Part shown: positions 13,235-26,663 of the stretch, piece by piece
Position numbering within the stretch: position 1 is the stretch's first letter
Layout of the letters: each line of letters opens with the position of its first letter
Assembly (NCBI GenBank): GCA_951406725.2
Contig: OX597823.1
Location: 19,654,001-19,718,000 of the forward strand
Direction: 5' to 3'
DNA: 64,000 bases
DNA from: Octopus vulgaris
Taxonomy: Eukaryota
Position numbers and translations under genes: made by a program
The notes under the pieces: model-generated
Database searches by the model: none
Seen by the model: only the letters and a program-made list of their open reading frames with translations
Told to the model about the DNA's origin: nothing

Positions 13235-13413
13235 ATTTCTTTACTGCCCACAAGGGGCTACACACAGAGGGGACAAACAAGGACAGACAAACGGATTAAG
13301 TCGATTATATCGACCGCTGTGCATAACTGGTACTTATTTAATCGACCCTGAAAGGATGAAAGGCAAAGTTGACCTAGGCGGAATTTGAACTCAGAATGTA
13401 GCGGCAGACGAAA
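13235..13413 (-). mobile_element. SINE family B, truncated at a fold-back hairpin
   Basis: Family B core and tail. Confidence 0.85.
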
Positions 13414-13649
13414 TATGTTCTTTGGATCAGACACTCGCAAAGTGATGAAGAATCAGATATTTGACTCTTCATCAATTTGCGAGTGTCTGATCCAAAGAAC
13501 ATACCTTTTTTAATCTTTGCTTCACTTAACCAAAGAAAGAAATCTTTCAGCAACTTGATTGCCCCTCAGCCTCCAGTGACTTCACAAAATTTTTGAAGAT
13601 TCCACGTTCGGTATGTAGCGGTTGCAACACAGTTATCTCAAGTAAGGCA

Positions 13650-13992
13650 AGAACAGACAAAGGGGTTAAGTCAATTACATCGATCCCAGTGCGTAACTGG
13701 TACTTAATTTATCGACCCAGAAAGGATGAAAGGCAAAGTCGACCAAAGCAGAATTTGAACTCAGAACATAACGGCAGACGAAATACATATTTCTTTACTA
13801 CACACAAGGGGCTAACCACAGAGAGGACAAAGAAGGACAGACAAACGGATTAAGTCGATTGTATCGACCCCAGTGCGTAACTGGTCCCTAATTTATCGAC
13901 CCCGAAAGGATGAAAGGCAAAGTCGACTTCGGCAGAATTTGAACTCTGAACGTAGCGGCAGACGAAATACCACTAAGCATTTCGCACGGCGT
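13650..13992 (-). mobile_element. SINE family B dimer
   Basis: Two head-to-tail units. Confidence 0.85.
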
Positions 13993-14288
13993 ACAAACGC
14001 ACGAAAGATTTCATTAATAACAGTGACAAACGAAAAATACTCCGCCGATAGTTGTTGTTGACAAACAACGGCAATAATTTTATTCAGCTGAATACACGTC
14101 ATTGATTGGTTGAAATTACCGAAATAGGACAACTTTAATGTGAAATAACTTCCTAAATATAAGCTTTTCTCAAAAACGCTAAGAGTAAAAGATGTTTTAT
14201 ATGACACATTCTACCAGTGTCCGAAGTTTGAAAGTATTTAGTTACAAAAAATTATTTTTTTAATCTGTAGGTCAGAAGGTAAAGATCC
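13993..14288. mobile_element. Right half of the long-TIR MITE (same family as 19327-19981)
   Basis: High identity to 19690-19981; ends ...ggtaaagatcc. Confidence 0.85.
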
Positions 14289-15085
14289 ACATTATGTGTT
14301 ACTATCCGCCTTATTAAAGGTTTTTCTCTGCAGCAGGTATGCCTAGGTATTTTTCCCTAATCGTTCATTATGGCAAACGTGTTTAACTCTTATGTCCTAC
14401 ATTCTTCCTTCGACAGTTCTTTATCTGTTTATCGCTTTTACTTTTAACTAAGCCGAGTCCGATGCAGATGATGTCACCAAATACTCTAGTCTCGCCCCCA
14501 TCAATACCACCACCACCACCACCACCACCTACAAAAGCCTGTTCACTGACTGCATAAACAATTCTCAGCAGGAATCACTTATCCTCTTTTGAAAACAGGT
14601 CTCAAAAAACATCCTGTAATGAGATATCGAAAAACCTAGTTTTAATTCAACAAAACCAAAATCTGAAGCATTAAAGCAAACCAAGACCAGAAACCCACGT
14701 TGCTGTATAACGTTCATCTAAGCCCTCAAATACACCCGACACATAATGGGCATTTACATTTCATGATGGCATTTTATGGCGCATTCATAGTCAAGATAAT
14801 CCTTTTAGCTTGTTTCACTCATTGGATGGCAGCCATGCTGGGACACGGCCACGAAGGGTTTAGTAGAACAAATCGCCCCTAGTACTTATTTTAAACCTGG
14901 TATTTATTCTAGCGGTCTTCTATACCGGACCGCTAAATCACGGGGACGTAAACAAAGCGACACCGGTTGCCAAGCGGTGGAGGGACACACACACACACAC
15001 ACATACAGAAACACACATACATACGCATGTATGTAAGTATGTATGTATGTATGCATGTATGTATGTATGTATGTATGTATGTATG

Positions 15086-15136
<51 letters not shown>

Positions 15137-15458
15137 AACATTGCGATTGACCCGCTCGCCCGATAACTGATGAGAAGTTGGCAACCAACCATATCTGTTT
15201 CTCGCTTATTTGTGCATTTATTATGTTTTTTCAAAACTCATTTTATTTTAAGGCTCCATGCCTTAATTCGAATGTCCTATGAAGATGAAGAATGTTATTT
15301 TCGCAATTATTTATAGACAGCATTTGGCAACTGATGCAGAAACGGCCGTAAGATTTGTTACGTCATTTATTTGTTATGGTATGCTTTGTATAAAAAAATA
15401 AGCTATAAATGTGGTCCAATCGATGTGTTTGTTAATCTGAGGTTTTCTCCATTTTCTG

Positions 15459-15524
<66 letters not shown>

Positions 15525-15689
15525 ACAGGCTTCCACACAGTTTCCGTCTACCACTATCAAATTAATTCAAGGGCATTAGTCGACTCGGCTTTTCAGTAGA
15601 TGACACTGGCGCCAGGCGCCACGCAGTGAGACTGAACCTGAGACCATGTGCATCCACACACCCATACTTGCGCGTATCATATTTACTTA

Positions 15690-15905
15690 CAGTAATCCCT
15701 CGGCTATCGCAGATGTTACGTTCCAAAATCCCCCGCAGTATGTGAAAATCCGCGAAGTAGAAACAGTACTGTACTGTATATTTTTAAAATTATAATTTGT
15801 ATATATTTATTTTATTATAAATGCAAAACAACTCCACGGAGGAATCGCCGTAAGCTTAAATAATAAACCGCGATTGGTGAACCGCGATATGGCGCGGGAT
15901 TCCTG
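15690..15905. mobile_element. pogo/Tigger-type MITE (intact)
   Basis: TA|CAGTAATCCCTCG ... CGCGGGATTCCTG|TA. Confidence 0.8.
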
Positions 15906-16374
15906 TATTTGTTTTTGTTCCTTCGTTTTTCGAACGTCTGATAGCCAGAATGACAACAATGTTCATCCCGAGTTCCAATATTGTTAAACAGGTAAGATAC
16001 GAGAGTCGTTAGTCCATCCAAAACATTCCTACATATCTGTGTAAGTAATCTACAGGTAACATTTCTAACCATGGACATGGATTTGAACACAATACTTTAA
16101 CCTAAAGAAAAAAAATTGTCATTTTCACTGATGGAATTAGGTGAATTGACAGTATGGGACTTTCCAGCCAATGTATGGATCTTATACATTTACTTTTGTG
16201 ATTCGGCAAGTACGATGAAGGTTATTTATGTTGATATGCTCAAAATAAGGCAAAATTAAGCCCGGTGTTGCCAGAAAAATGAAAACAGTGTTGTTTGTTT
16301 CTTGTAATATATGTACTTTATTTATAGTTAGCTTTTTGAAGCAAGCATTAAATATGTTAATAATTCTTTCAGCT

Positions 16375-17082
16375 ATCGATATAGCTCGTAGGATGAGCTC
16401 CTGGATCTTAAGAACCTTCCGGTCCAGAGAACAAGGTGTCATCATTCCACTTTTCTCTTTCTTTGTACGGCCACACCTCGAATACTGTTGCCCCTTGTGG
16501 TCTCCCCATACAAAACATCCCGAGAACTGAATCACCCCAGAGGGCACTCACTAAACGAATTGAAGGCATGACTGATCTCGATTACTGGGACCGCTTTAAA
16601 GACTTGAAACTTTACTCTCTCCAGCGCCACCGCGAGCGGTACATCATTTGTACGATGTGGAGAATATATCGCCAGCATTGCCCAAATGACCTGAACATTA
16701 GTTTCAAGGTTCATCCAAGGCTGGGACCACGGGCTATACGTCCCCTGCACAATTCAAGATCACAACATATGAGTACACTGCAACATAATTTCTTTTCCTC
16801 AACAGGCCCTGCTCTGTTTAACATTGTCCTAAAACTGATTAAAGAGGAAAAGGATCCTATCACCTTTAAACGGAGTCTGGACAGATTTCTTCAAGGAATA
16901 CCACACAAGCCACCCATACCTGGATACAACTCACTCAACAAGATCTAACTACTTGAATGGACCATAAACAAAACTTGACTTAAAAAGGATTTAGATAATC
17001 CTATCAGGTGGTGCTATTAAGTTTGACATATCCTAGACCAATCTTTGGTCGAAACATATCTAAGTTTTATCTAAGTTTTATA
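16375..17082 (+). mobile_element. 5'-truncated CR1/L2-group LINE (ORF2 C-terminus and 3' tail), frameshifted
   Basis: WILRTFRSRE...RPHLEYCCPLWSP...QRALTKRIEGM...YWDRFKDLKLYSLQRHRERY, homologous to the C-terminus of the 44.9-kb LINE; tail repeat tatctaagttt. Confidence 0.9.
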
Positions 17083-17217
17083 GGCACAAAGCCTGAAATT
17101 TTGTGGAGAAAGATGAGTCGATTACATTCAATCTAGAGATTTCCTACAAGTCTGGCACTAACCACAATGATCTATCTTTCCCTCCCAGCACTTCGGCTCT
17201 CTGGAAATTTCTTTCCA

Positions 17218-18130
17218 GTCAACTGGTACTTAATATATTGATCCCGAAAGGATGAAAGGCAAAGTCGACCTCAGCGGAGTTTGAACTCAAAACGTAGCGA
17301 CGGGCGAAATACCTCTAAGCACTTCGTCCGGCGTGCTAACGTTTCTTATTTCTTTACTGCCTACAAGGGGCTAAATATTGATGGGACAAACAAGGACAGC
17401 CAAAGGAATTAAGTTGATTACATCGATCCCAGTGCGTAACTGGTACTTAATTTATAGATCCAGAAAGGATGAAATGCAAAGTCGACCTCGGCGAAACTTG
17501 AACTCAGAACGTAACGGCAGACGAAATACCTATTTCTTTACTACCCACAAGGAGCTAAACACAGAGAGGACAAACAAGGACAGACACACGGATTAAGTCG
17601 ATTACATCGACTCCAGTACGTAACTGGTACTTATTTAATCGACTCCGAAAGGGTGAAAGGCAAAATCGACCTCGACGGAATTTGAACTCAGAACGTAACA
17701 GCAGACGAAATACCTATTTCTTTACTACCCACAAGGAGCTAAACACAGAGAGAACAAACAAGGACAGACAAACGGATTAAGTCGATTATATCGACCCCAG
17801 TGCGTAACTGGTACTTATTTAATCGACTCCGAAAGGGTGAAAGGCAAAATCGACCTCGACGGAATTTGAACTCAGAACGTAACGGCAGACGAAATAGCTA
17901 TTTCTTTACTACCCACAAGGAGCTAAACACAGAGAGAACAAACAAGGACAGACACACAGATTAAGTCGATTATATCGACCCCAGTACGTAACTGGTACTT
18001 ATTTAATCGACCTCAAAAGGATGAAAGGCAAAGTCGACCTCGGCAGAATTTGAACTCAGAAAGTAAAGACAGACGAAATACCGCAAAGCATTTTGTCCGG
18101 CATGCTAACGGTTCTGGCAGCTCGCCGTCT
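17218..18130 (-). mobile_element. Tandem array of SINE B units (~185 bp period)
   Basis: Four to five head-to-tail units joined at gacgaaata|cctatttc. Confidence 0.9.
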
Positions 18131-18318
18131 TAATTAGCAACCATAATATAACGAGCGAGCAACTCACGAATACTTTCAGGGAGATCTCTTTTCAATAAAT
18201 AAAATACAAGCGTTTCTAACAAGACATCAAATTCAATTTTCCCTCTCTTTTTTTCTATGTCGTCTTCACTAATACTATGCCGTTTGTTGCCTTTGCTTCT
18301 CTATTATTCTATGTGATA

Positions 18319-18834
18319 CTAGCAGTATCTCCCGGCGTTGCTCGGGTTTGTAAGGGAAATAACTATATAAGCATTTTTAGAGAGTTACTTCCTTTATAGA
18401 TGCCAATTCAGGCTTTCTTAGCCATTTCTGTTTTGGTGTCTTCAAGCTATGAAGTCGTTGTTCTAAAAGAACGCTGGTCTCCTTGACAACGCTTTACGAC
18501 GTTGATTTCTTTACACTCCCTTCCCCACAGCTTCACGAGGGAGGGAAGAAGGGGAGAAGCAAACACAGGTGCAGGTGTTTGAGCGTGGACGCCAACTCCG
18601 CCGCCATCGACACACCAAAAATTATGCATTAAAATGGAATAAAAAATGATGTTAAATTATTTTTAAAATCGTAGACTCATCGTAGACGCGCGCTAATAGC
18701 CAGACGGGCTCGATATTAATCACGACTATAAGATACCCGAATTTGGTTAAACTGCACCGCAAAATGTGGGAGGAGTTAGGAATCTAAATCGTAGGAGACA
18801 GACACTCACACAACTACAGTTTTATATATATAGA
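18319..18834 (-). mobile_element. Non-autonomous Helitron
   Basis: Minus-strand 5' TC; 3' hairpin cccgagcaacgccggg followed by CTAG; inserted between A and T. Confidence 0.8.
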
Positions 18835-19326
18835 TATGCCAGAATTTCTCACTCTATCGCTTTCAGACATCATCTACAATATATATTTATCTCTTATTTA
18901 TTGAGTAATTTTCGTAACCTTCGCCAAAACCTTCAAAATACCATTTGGTGGGAAGCTTGCTTTTAAATGTGCTATAAAGAACATAACGCGCAGTGTATAC
19001 AAATAAATCCTTCACATGCTTTTTGTTCCTAGGTAACTGATGAAATAATTGCTATGTATTCGGGGCGACACAATCAAATATACTCCCCTACCACAAATTT
19101 ACGATCACTTTGCCAATGTAAATAACCGTTATTATAACTATTAATTAATAAGAAGGCGGCGAGGTGGCAGAAGCGTCAGCACTTCGGAAGAAATTCCTTG
19201 AGTATTTCTTCCAGCTCTATACATTTTGAGTTCAAATATTGCCGAGGTTATTTTCGCCATTTAACCTTTCGGGGGTCAATAAAATAAATACCAGTCAAAT
19301 ACTGGGGTCAATGGGATCGACTAATG

Positions 19327-19981
19327 GGATCTTTTGACCTACAGATTTAAAAAGTAAGTTTTTGTAACTAAACACTTTCAAACTTCGGACACTGATAGAA
19401 TGTGTCATATAAAACATGTTTTACTCTTAGCATTTTTGAGAAAGACTTATATTTACTTAGTTATTTCACCTTAAAGTTCTCGTATTTCGGTAATTTCAAC
19501 CAATCAATGACGTGTATTCAACTGAATAAAATTACTGCTGTTGTTTGTCAACAAGAACTTCCGGCGGTGTATATTTCGATTGTCACTGTTATTTATGACA
19601 ACCCTTACCCTAAAACCCTAACCCTAAAATCTTAACCCTAATCCTAACCCTAACCCTAAAACCCTAATCCTAAAACCTTAAAACCAGTACAAACACACGA
19701 ACGATGTCATAAATAACAGTGACAAACGAAATATACACCGCCGATTGTTGTTGACAAACAACGGCAGTAATTTTATTCAGCTGAATACACGTCACTGATT
19801 GGTTGAAATTACCGAAATACGAGAACTTTAAGGTGAAATAACTAAGTAAATATAAGTTTTTCTCAAAAATGCTAAGAGTAAAAGATGTTTTATATGACAC
19901 ATTCTACCAGTGTCCGAAGTTTGAAAGTGTTTAGTTACGAAAGATTATTTTTTTAATCTGTAGGTCAAAAGGTAAAGATCC
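19327..19981. mobile_element. Long-TIR (~270 bp arms) MITE with central (TAACCC)n
   Basis: 19327-19600 is inverted at 19705-19981; ccctaa repeats at 19602-19680; GGATC termini. Confidence 0.85.
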
Positions 19982-20694
19982 CAGTCAAGTACTGGGGTCG
20001 ATGGTATCGACTAACTTGCTGACCTTGCGCCAAAGTTAGTAAGAATTATGAAGATGGCGAGCTGGCAGAATCGTTAGCATGCCAGATAAAATACTTAGCG
20101 GCTTTCCTTCTGGTTTTACGTTGAGTTCACCGAAGTCGATTTTGCCTTTTAAATTTTTGGGGGTCGATAAAATAGGTACCGGTTAAACACTGAAATCAAT
20201 GTAATCAGCCTGTCCCCTCTCGCAAATTTCAGGCCTTGTGCTTTTAGTAGAAAGAGAAACAATTATTGCTAACCTTTTAATACTCCGAGGTGAAATATCG
20301 GGTCAGACTCGGCTAGCCGTTGATTTAGAGGGATTACTCTATCTGCATTGCTGCAAGAGTCAAATACGCGACGCTAGATTTCATTGTTTCACCTGACAAC
20401 TCTCTCATTATTATTTCACGATGTGGAAATCATTTCCTTATGATGTCAGTTGTTTTGTTTAGCCTAAGACCAGTTCTAACCAAGCAAACATATTATTAAC
20501 CTTTTTGATACCAACACCTGAGACCGCTTCTTGTTCCATTATATAAATTTTCACTATTAAAGTTATCTAAATTATAACCCTTCATCAAAATTTTACGTTA
20601 ATTTATGTTTTAAACACCAACTAAATAATAACATAGTCATTTAACTAAATTCTTTGGGTATTTTTTTCAAAATTAATTGAAACAAAAGCTGTGT

Positions 20695-21064
20695 GGTGGA
20701 AGCACTCCGTCGGTTACGACGACAAGGGTTCCGGTTGATCCGATCAACGGAACAGCCTGCTCGTGAAATTAACGTGTAAGTGGCTGAGCACTCCACAGAC
20801 ACGTGTACCCTTAACGTAGTTCTCGGGGATATTCAGCGTGACACAGAGAGTGACAAGGCCGGCCCTTTGAAATACAGGTACAACAGAAACGGGAAGTAAG
20901 AGTGAGAGAAAGTTGTGGTGAAAGAGTACAGCAGGGATCACCACCATCCCCTGCCGGAGCCTCGTGGAGCTTTAGGTGTTTTCGCTCAATAAATACTCAC
21001 AACGCCCGGTCTGGGAATCGAAACCGCGAGTCCGCTGCCCTAACCACTGGGCCATTGCGCCTCC
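20695..21064 (-). mobile_element. tRNA-derived SINE H1+T1, full length
   Basis: TSD acaaaagctgtgt on both sides; inserted in a decayed piggyBac MITE. Confidence 0.9.
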
Positions 21065-21876
21065 ACAAAAGCTGTGTATATTAACCAACACCAATAAGGC
21101 AATCTAGCTGTGGACACCTCATTGTTTTTCCTGACACAATGTCTCTACATTATCCTATGTGTCACATTAATGCTTCTTGAAAATTGTAGGATTCATTTCA
21201 AGGACTTCCGAGCCGGTCACATTACTACGTGACGTACATTCTTTGATGCTAGTAACGTTTACGTACGTAATCCCCAGCGATGGCTGTAGTCTGCGCGATG
21301 AAATATCAAGTGTGAAGTAATACCACGTATGGTGTCGCAAGATCTACCACTTTACTATCTATATTGCATGGATCATGAAATAAAAGATATTTTGAACGAG
21401 TAATACTTCTTAGAATTAAGCCGGTGAGCTGGCAGAATCATTACCGCTTATCGGAATTTCTTCCGATTTTACATTCTGAGTCCGAATTCTGCAAATTCTG
21501 GTAGAATTCGGACTCAGTGTCGATAAACTTTCAGTGTTATCCTTTTCATCCTTTCAGTGTCGATAAACTAAATACTAATTGAGCACCGGGGTCGATGTTA
21601 CTGACTTAACCCCTACTCCGAAATTGCTGGCCTTGTGCCATAACTTGAAATCAATATTTCCTAGAATTTACATCTTCAAAAATCAACCATGACCACTGAT
21701 TCCTGTTGAAAGAATTGTTTCCAATATTTTTTTTTTGTTATCTATATTTTCTTTACAAACGATCTGGGGAAACTGCAATCTTTCCCTCGGGTCCCCTTTC
21801 ATATCCCATTCTCGGGCCCCATGTAGTAAACTATTTGTTTTTTTTGTTGTTGTTGTCCTTCTGTCACGAACTTGAT

Positions 21877-21990
21877 CTCTTCTTCTTCTTCTTCTTCTTC
21901 TTCTTCTTCTTCTTCTTCTTCTTCTTCTTCTTCTTCTTCTTCTTCTTCTTCTTCTTCTTCTTCTTCTTCTTCTTCTTCTTCTTCTTCTTC
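21877..21990. repeat. (TTC)n microsatellite
   Basis: Direct inspection. Confidence 0.95.
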
Positions 21991-22099
21991 CAATCAGGAC
22001 CCACGCCGTTAACCACAAAGAATAATCTCTAATTCGAGCCTACTCTAAGCTACTAAGAATGCGTGCGGCAACTTGAAGATCCACCCAGGTAAATGGATG

Positions 22100-22610
22100 A
22101 TAGGGGAAATTGGAGTTGTCTCGATTTTATGTACGGGTGGTCTATTGGAGGAAATCTTGGAGGAATACCTCGCCACCTTCGAAGGTATTTGTTTACCTTC
22201 TTCACTCTTTCTACTCTTGTCATTGGAATCTCATATGAGTCTCAAAAGCAGTCCATATTGGTAGAGCGATGCTTTGTATTTTCCTGGAAAGCCCTGATCT
22301 TTCAATCCTCCTCAGCTGCTTCTCTGCTTGCTTTCTCAATATTGGCGACATTGCTTCTGTGAGAGAGTGAATCATGAAACCTCTTCCCAAGGCATTTGGG
22401 CGCATTCCCTCTATTGCTGGAATAACCTCTCCTTGCATTTGCATCGTAATTCTGTATATTAATTTGCCTTTCCTTTTCTGATCACCATACTCTTTGATTT
22501 TTCGGGTTTAAACTTCATTCTTGCCCATGTTGTCATGTGTTCAAGTGAAGTGAGCACCCTTTCCGCTTCCACATGGGTTGTGGTTTTCACTGTAAGACCA
22601 ACCGACCATG
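22100..22610 (-). pseudogene. Decayed reverse-transcriptase fragment of a Hero-clade (R2-group) LINE
   Basis: TTTHVEAERVLTSLEHMTTWARMKFKPEKSKSMVIRKGK, MQGEVIPAI and GKYKA-type motifs across frameshifts. The clade call rests on motif recognition. Confidence 0.7.
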
Positions 22611-23428
22611 AACCCTTTATTGGATGTTGTCGGCTGCCTGGATTCCATTGTTGTTGACGCTTGGGCTTCTTTATGCTAGTTTTGTTTGATTTTGAAAAAT
22701 AGAAATTTATGTTATGGTTTATCATTGTTGATATTTTCACTTACATACATGTCTATGTATGTATGTACGGTGGCACCAAAATCTTTTAGGTGCTTAGGGC
22801 CTGTATGGGATATAATCCGTCCCTGGAAATATCCTGTAACCAAATTAATCGATAGTAACAACGGGTATAAATCCCTTTATGTTGTGTGTGTGCGAATGCT
22901 ACACAGATGGACTTAGCCTTTCAATTATAGTGGTGTGGTTTAGAAGTTCGCTTCTTAACTATAAAGATTTGAGTTCGATCTTGCTTCATGGTACTTTGGG
23001 AAAGTATTATTTTTCTATCTTATCTTTTGGTCAACCAAAACCTTATAACTGACATGAGAAAATTCATTCCCATGGTGAAAAGTATGAAGGAAATTGTGCA
23101 ACCTGTTATGTACACACGTATATTTATATACGAATATACACATGCATATGTTCGCGTGTGCGCGCATCTGTGTGTGCTGGACAAAGGTTAGGCAAAAGAA
23201 AGCGGCAGAAAAAGAACCAAATTTAAAATAAGTATTGGAGTCAATTTGTTTGACAAACTCTACAAGGCGGTGCCCCAGCATGGCCACAGTTCGAAACAAG
23301 CAAACCAGTAAGTGTAAAGGAAGAACAGATATTTCACATGCACACACTTACACATACACACGCACGTACACGCAAACACATACGTACATATATATTTTGA
23401 GTGAGTGAGTGAGAGAGATAGAGAGGGT

Positions 23429-23470
<42 letters not shown>

Positions 23471-23659
23471 GATAAACTGGAAGAGTTCACGGGAGTGTAT
23501 ATACATAAAAGATTATGTATGTGAGAGTGCGTATGTGTTTACGTAAAGGAAGGTGTACATAAGTATGTGTCAAGTAATGGTGAAAAAGTTTTTAACATTT
23601 CTATGCGTCAGTATACGTGTATGTATATGTACAAGAGCGAAACGGACACGCATATGAGA

Positions 23660-23935
<276 letters not shown>

Positions 23936-24918
23936 AATGTATATATCACGTCGAGAGGGCGTAATCAAAAGTATTTGACCATGAGAGAGAAAAAGCGCAT
24001 GTGTATATGTGTGTGTATAGATGCGTGAGTGATAATGTGTATGTATGTTTGCGCACAGCAAAGAACATGCATGTGTATGAGAATGTGAGAAAAAAATGTG
24101 TGTGAAAGAGATAGAAAGACAGAGAGAGAGAGAGAGAGTGTGTGTGTATGTGTGTATAAGAGAGTGCATGTGTGTGCCTTAGTACGTCAAAAACATTAAT
24201 AGTATATGTGTATGTATGTGTGTAGAAAAAAGAGAGGACATTAGGTCAGAGAGAGAGAGAGAGAGAGAGAGAGGAACCGGTAAGGCAGGCGTTAACCAAA
24301 CTAACATACCAAGTTTCCCTGACAACTAGGTCACGAGACCACTTTCCGTTTTATTTCTCCCCTCACTCCCTTTAGTTTCTTTCCTTTATAAGCTGTTTCT
24401 TTCTATACTCCTCTTACTTTCGCTCTCTCTCTCCCCTTAGCTTCTCTTGCTCTCTTTCTCTCTCTCTCTCTCTATCTGTCTTTTACTCTATCTTCTACTA
24501 TTATTATTATAATCTTACTCTTTCGTTTTCTTTTCTTAAAGTTTTGCCCTTTCTCTCTCTTTCACTCACAATCGAACCCCCTTAAATCTTGTTATTAAAC
24601 ATTCTCTTTCGTTTAATTCCCTTTCAGTTTCATTCACCACTTTGACGGAACTAAACTCTTTTTACGGAACATCTATAATAAGATCGTCGTTCGGCATACT
24701 AGAAAAAGAGACCCGGTTATCACGGCTGGTTTAAACACAGATTTGCTCAATCAGGACTGTCCTGTGGTTAAACAACGACAACAACAACAACAACACACTC
24801 TTCCGTTAAAACCTTCATCTCAACCACATTGTTCTTTCTCTCTTTCTTTCTTCTAATTTCTCATTATTAACTCTCCCTTCCGTAAAACATGCCTCTCACT
24901 TTCACTCACTACAAACAT

Positions 24919-25822
24919 TCTCTCTCTCGGTCTCACTCAGTTCTCATTGTAAACTCTCTCTCTCTCTCTCGGTCTCACTCAGTTCTCATTGTAAACTCTC
25001 TCTCTCTCGGTCTCACTCAGTTCTCATTGTAAACTCTCTCTCTCTCTCGGTCTCACTCAGTTCTCATTGTAAACTCTCTCTCTCTCTCTCTCTCGGTCTC
25101 ACTCAGTTCTCATTGTAAACTCTCTCTCTCTCGGTCTCACTCAGTTCTCATTGTAAACTCTCTCTCTCTCTCGGGTTCACTCAGTTCTCATTGTAAACTC
25201 TCTCTCTCTCTCTCGGTCTCACTCAGTTCTCATTGTAAACTCTCTCTTTCTCTCGGTCTCACTCAGTTCTCATTGTAAACTCTCTCTCTCTCGGTCTCAC
25301 TCAGTTCTCATTGTAAACTCTCTCTCTCTCGGTCTCACTCAGTTCTCATTGTAAACTCTCTCTCTCTCGGTCTCACTCAGTTCTCATTGTAAACTCTCTC
25401 TCTCTCGGTCTCACTCAGTTCTCATTGTAAACTCTCTCTCTCTCGGTCTCACTCAGTTCTCATTGTAAACTCTCTCTCTCTCGGTCTCACTCAGTTCTCA
25501 TTGTAAACTCTCTCTCTCTCGGTCTCACTCAGTTCTCATTGTAAACTCTCTCTCTCTCGGTCTCACTCAGTTCTCATTGTAAACTCTCTCTCTCTCTCTC
25601 GGTCTCACTCAGTTCTCATTGTAAACTCTCTCTCTCTCGGTCTTACTCAGTTCTCATTGTAAACTCTTTCTCTCGGTCTCACTCAGTTCTCATTGTAAAC
25701 TCTCTCTCGGTCTCACTCAGTTCTCATTGTAAACTCTCTCTCGGTCTCACTCAGTTCTCATTGTAAACTCTCTCTCTCTCGGTCTCACTCAGTTCTCATT
25801 GTAAACTCTCTCTCTCTCTCTC
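24919..25822. repeat. Minisatellite of ~23 units: ggtctcactcagttctcattgtaaa + (CT)n
   Basis: A near-invariant 25-nt core with a (CT)n spacer of variable length; period ~34-46 bp. Confidence 0.95.
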
Positions 25823-26069
25823 TTCCTTTATGTGACTTCACCACTTTTACTATAAACGCTCTCGTATTCTTCACTTGAAACTTCTCACTTTCTACTCATT
25901 ATTTTAGTCTCACTCACTCTTCCTTACCCTCTCTCTCTCTCACACTCATTTCCCTCGCTTTTTCACTCATAAAACTTCATTTTTCTCTTACTCATACTGT
26001 TAATTACTCTTAGTCTGTCTTCCCTCGTTTGCACAAGCTATTATTTTATTCAATTTCATGGTACTTTTT

Positions 26070-26304
26070 CTCTTTTACTTTACTGCCCACAAGGGGCTAA
26101 ACACAGAGAGGACAAACAAGGACAGACAAACGGATTAAGTCGATTATAACGACCCCAGTGCGTAACTGGTACTTATTTAATCGACCCCGAAAGGATAAAA
26201 GGCAAAGTCGACCTCGGCGGAATTTGAACTCAGAACGTAACGGCAGACGAAATACCGCTAAGCATTTCGCCCGGCGTGCTAACGTTTCTGCCAGTTCGCC
26301 GCCT
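26070..26304 (-). mobile_element. SINE family B, full length
   Basis: Complete from the head ggcggcgaactggcag to the tail. Confidence 0.9.
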
Positions 26305-26605
26305 TATTGCAAAGAGACATCGTTGTGCAGTTAACAAACACGTGGGTCTGGATTGGTATCTTCTATTCAGTAGTTACGTACAGGTTATATTTATTGCGAT
26401 GAGCCGAAATTTTTTATTATTTGAAAATTAATAAGCAATGTAAAGAACTATCAGTATTTCAATTCATTAAAAATTAACGGAATAGTGTCGGAGTGGGGTA
26501 ATGTAATATTTCGTTTCTGTGGACAATTCCACGTTTCCGGCTTATTAAAACCTCTTCAGCAAAGCATAGTCATCAGAGCTTGAATTCTCACGGAAACGTA
26601 TGAAA

Positions 26606-26663
<58 letters not shown>

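Noticed and set aside
15165-15200. Isolated CUGAUGA/CUGACGA motifs (also at ~62920 on the minus strand)
   Set aside because: No matching GAAA and stems, so not called as hammerheads.
19602-19680. Telomere or chromosome-fusion relic
   Set aside because: These short, degenerate tracts are internal to TIR-bounded MITEs.
24919-25822. CRISPR-like regular repeat array
   Set aside because: The spacers are only (CT)n, there are no cas genes, and the context is eukaryotic.
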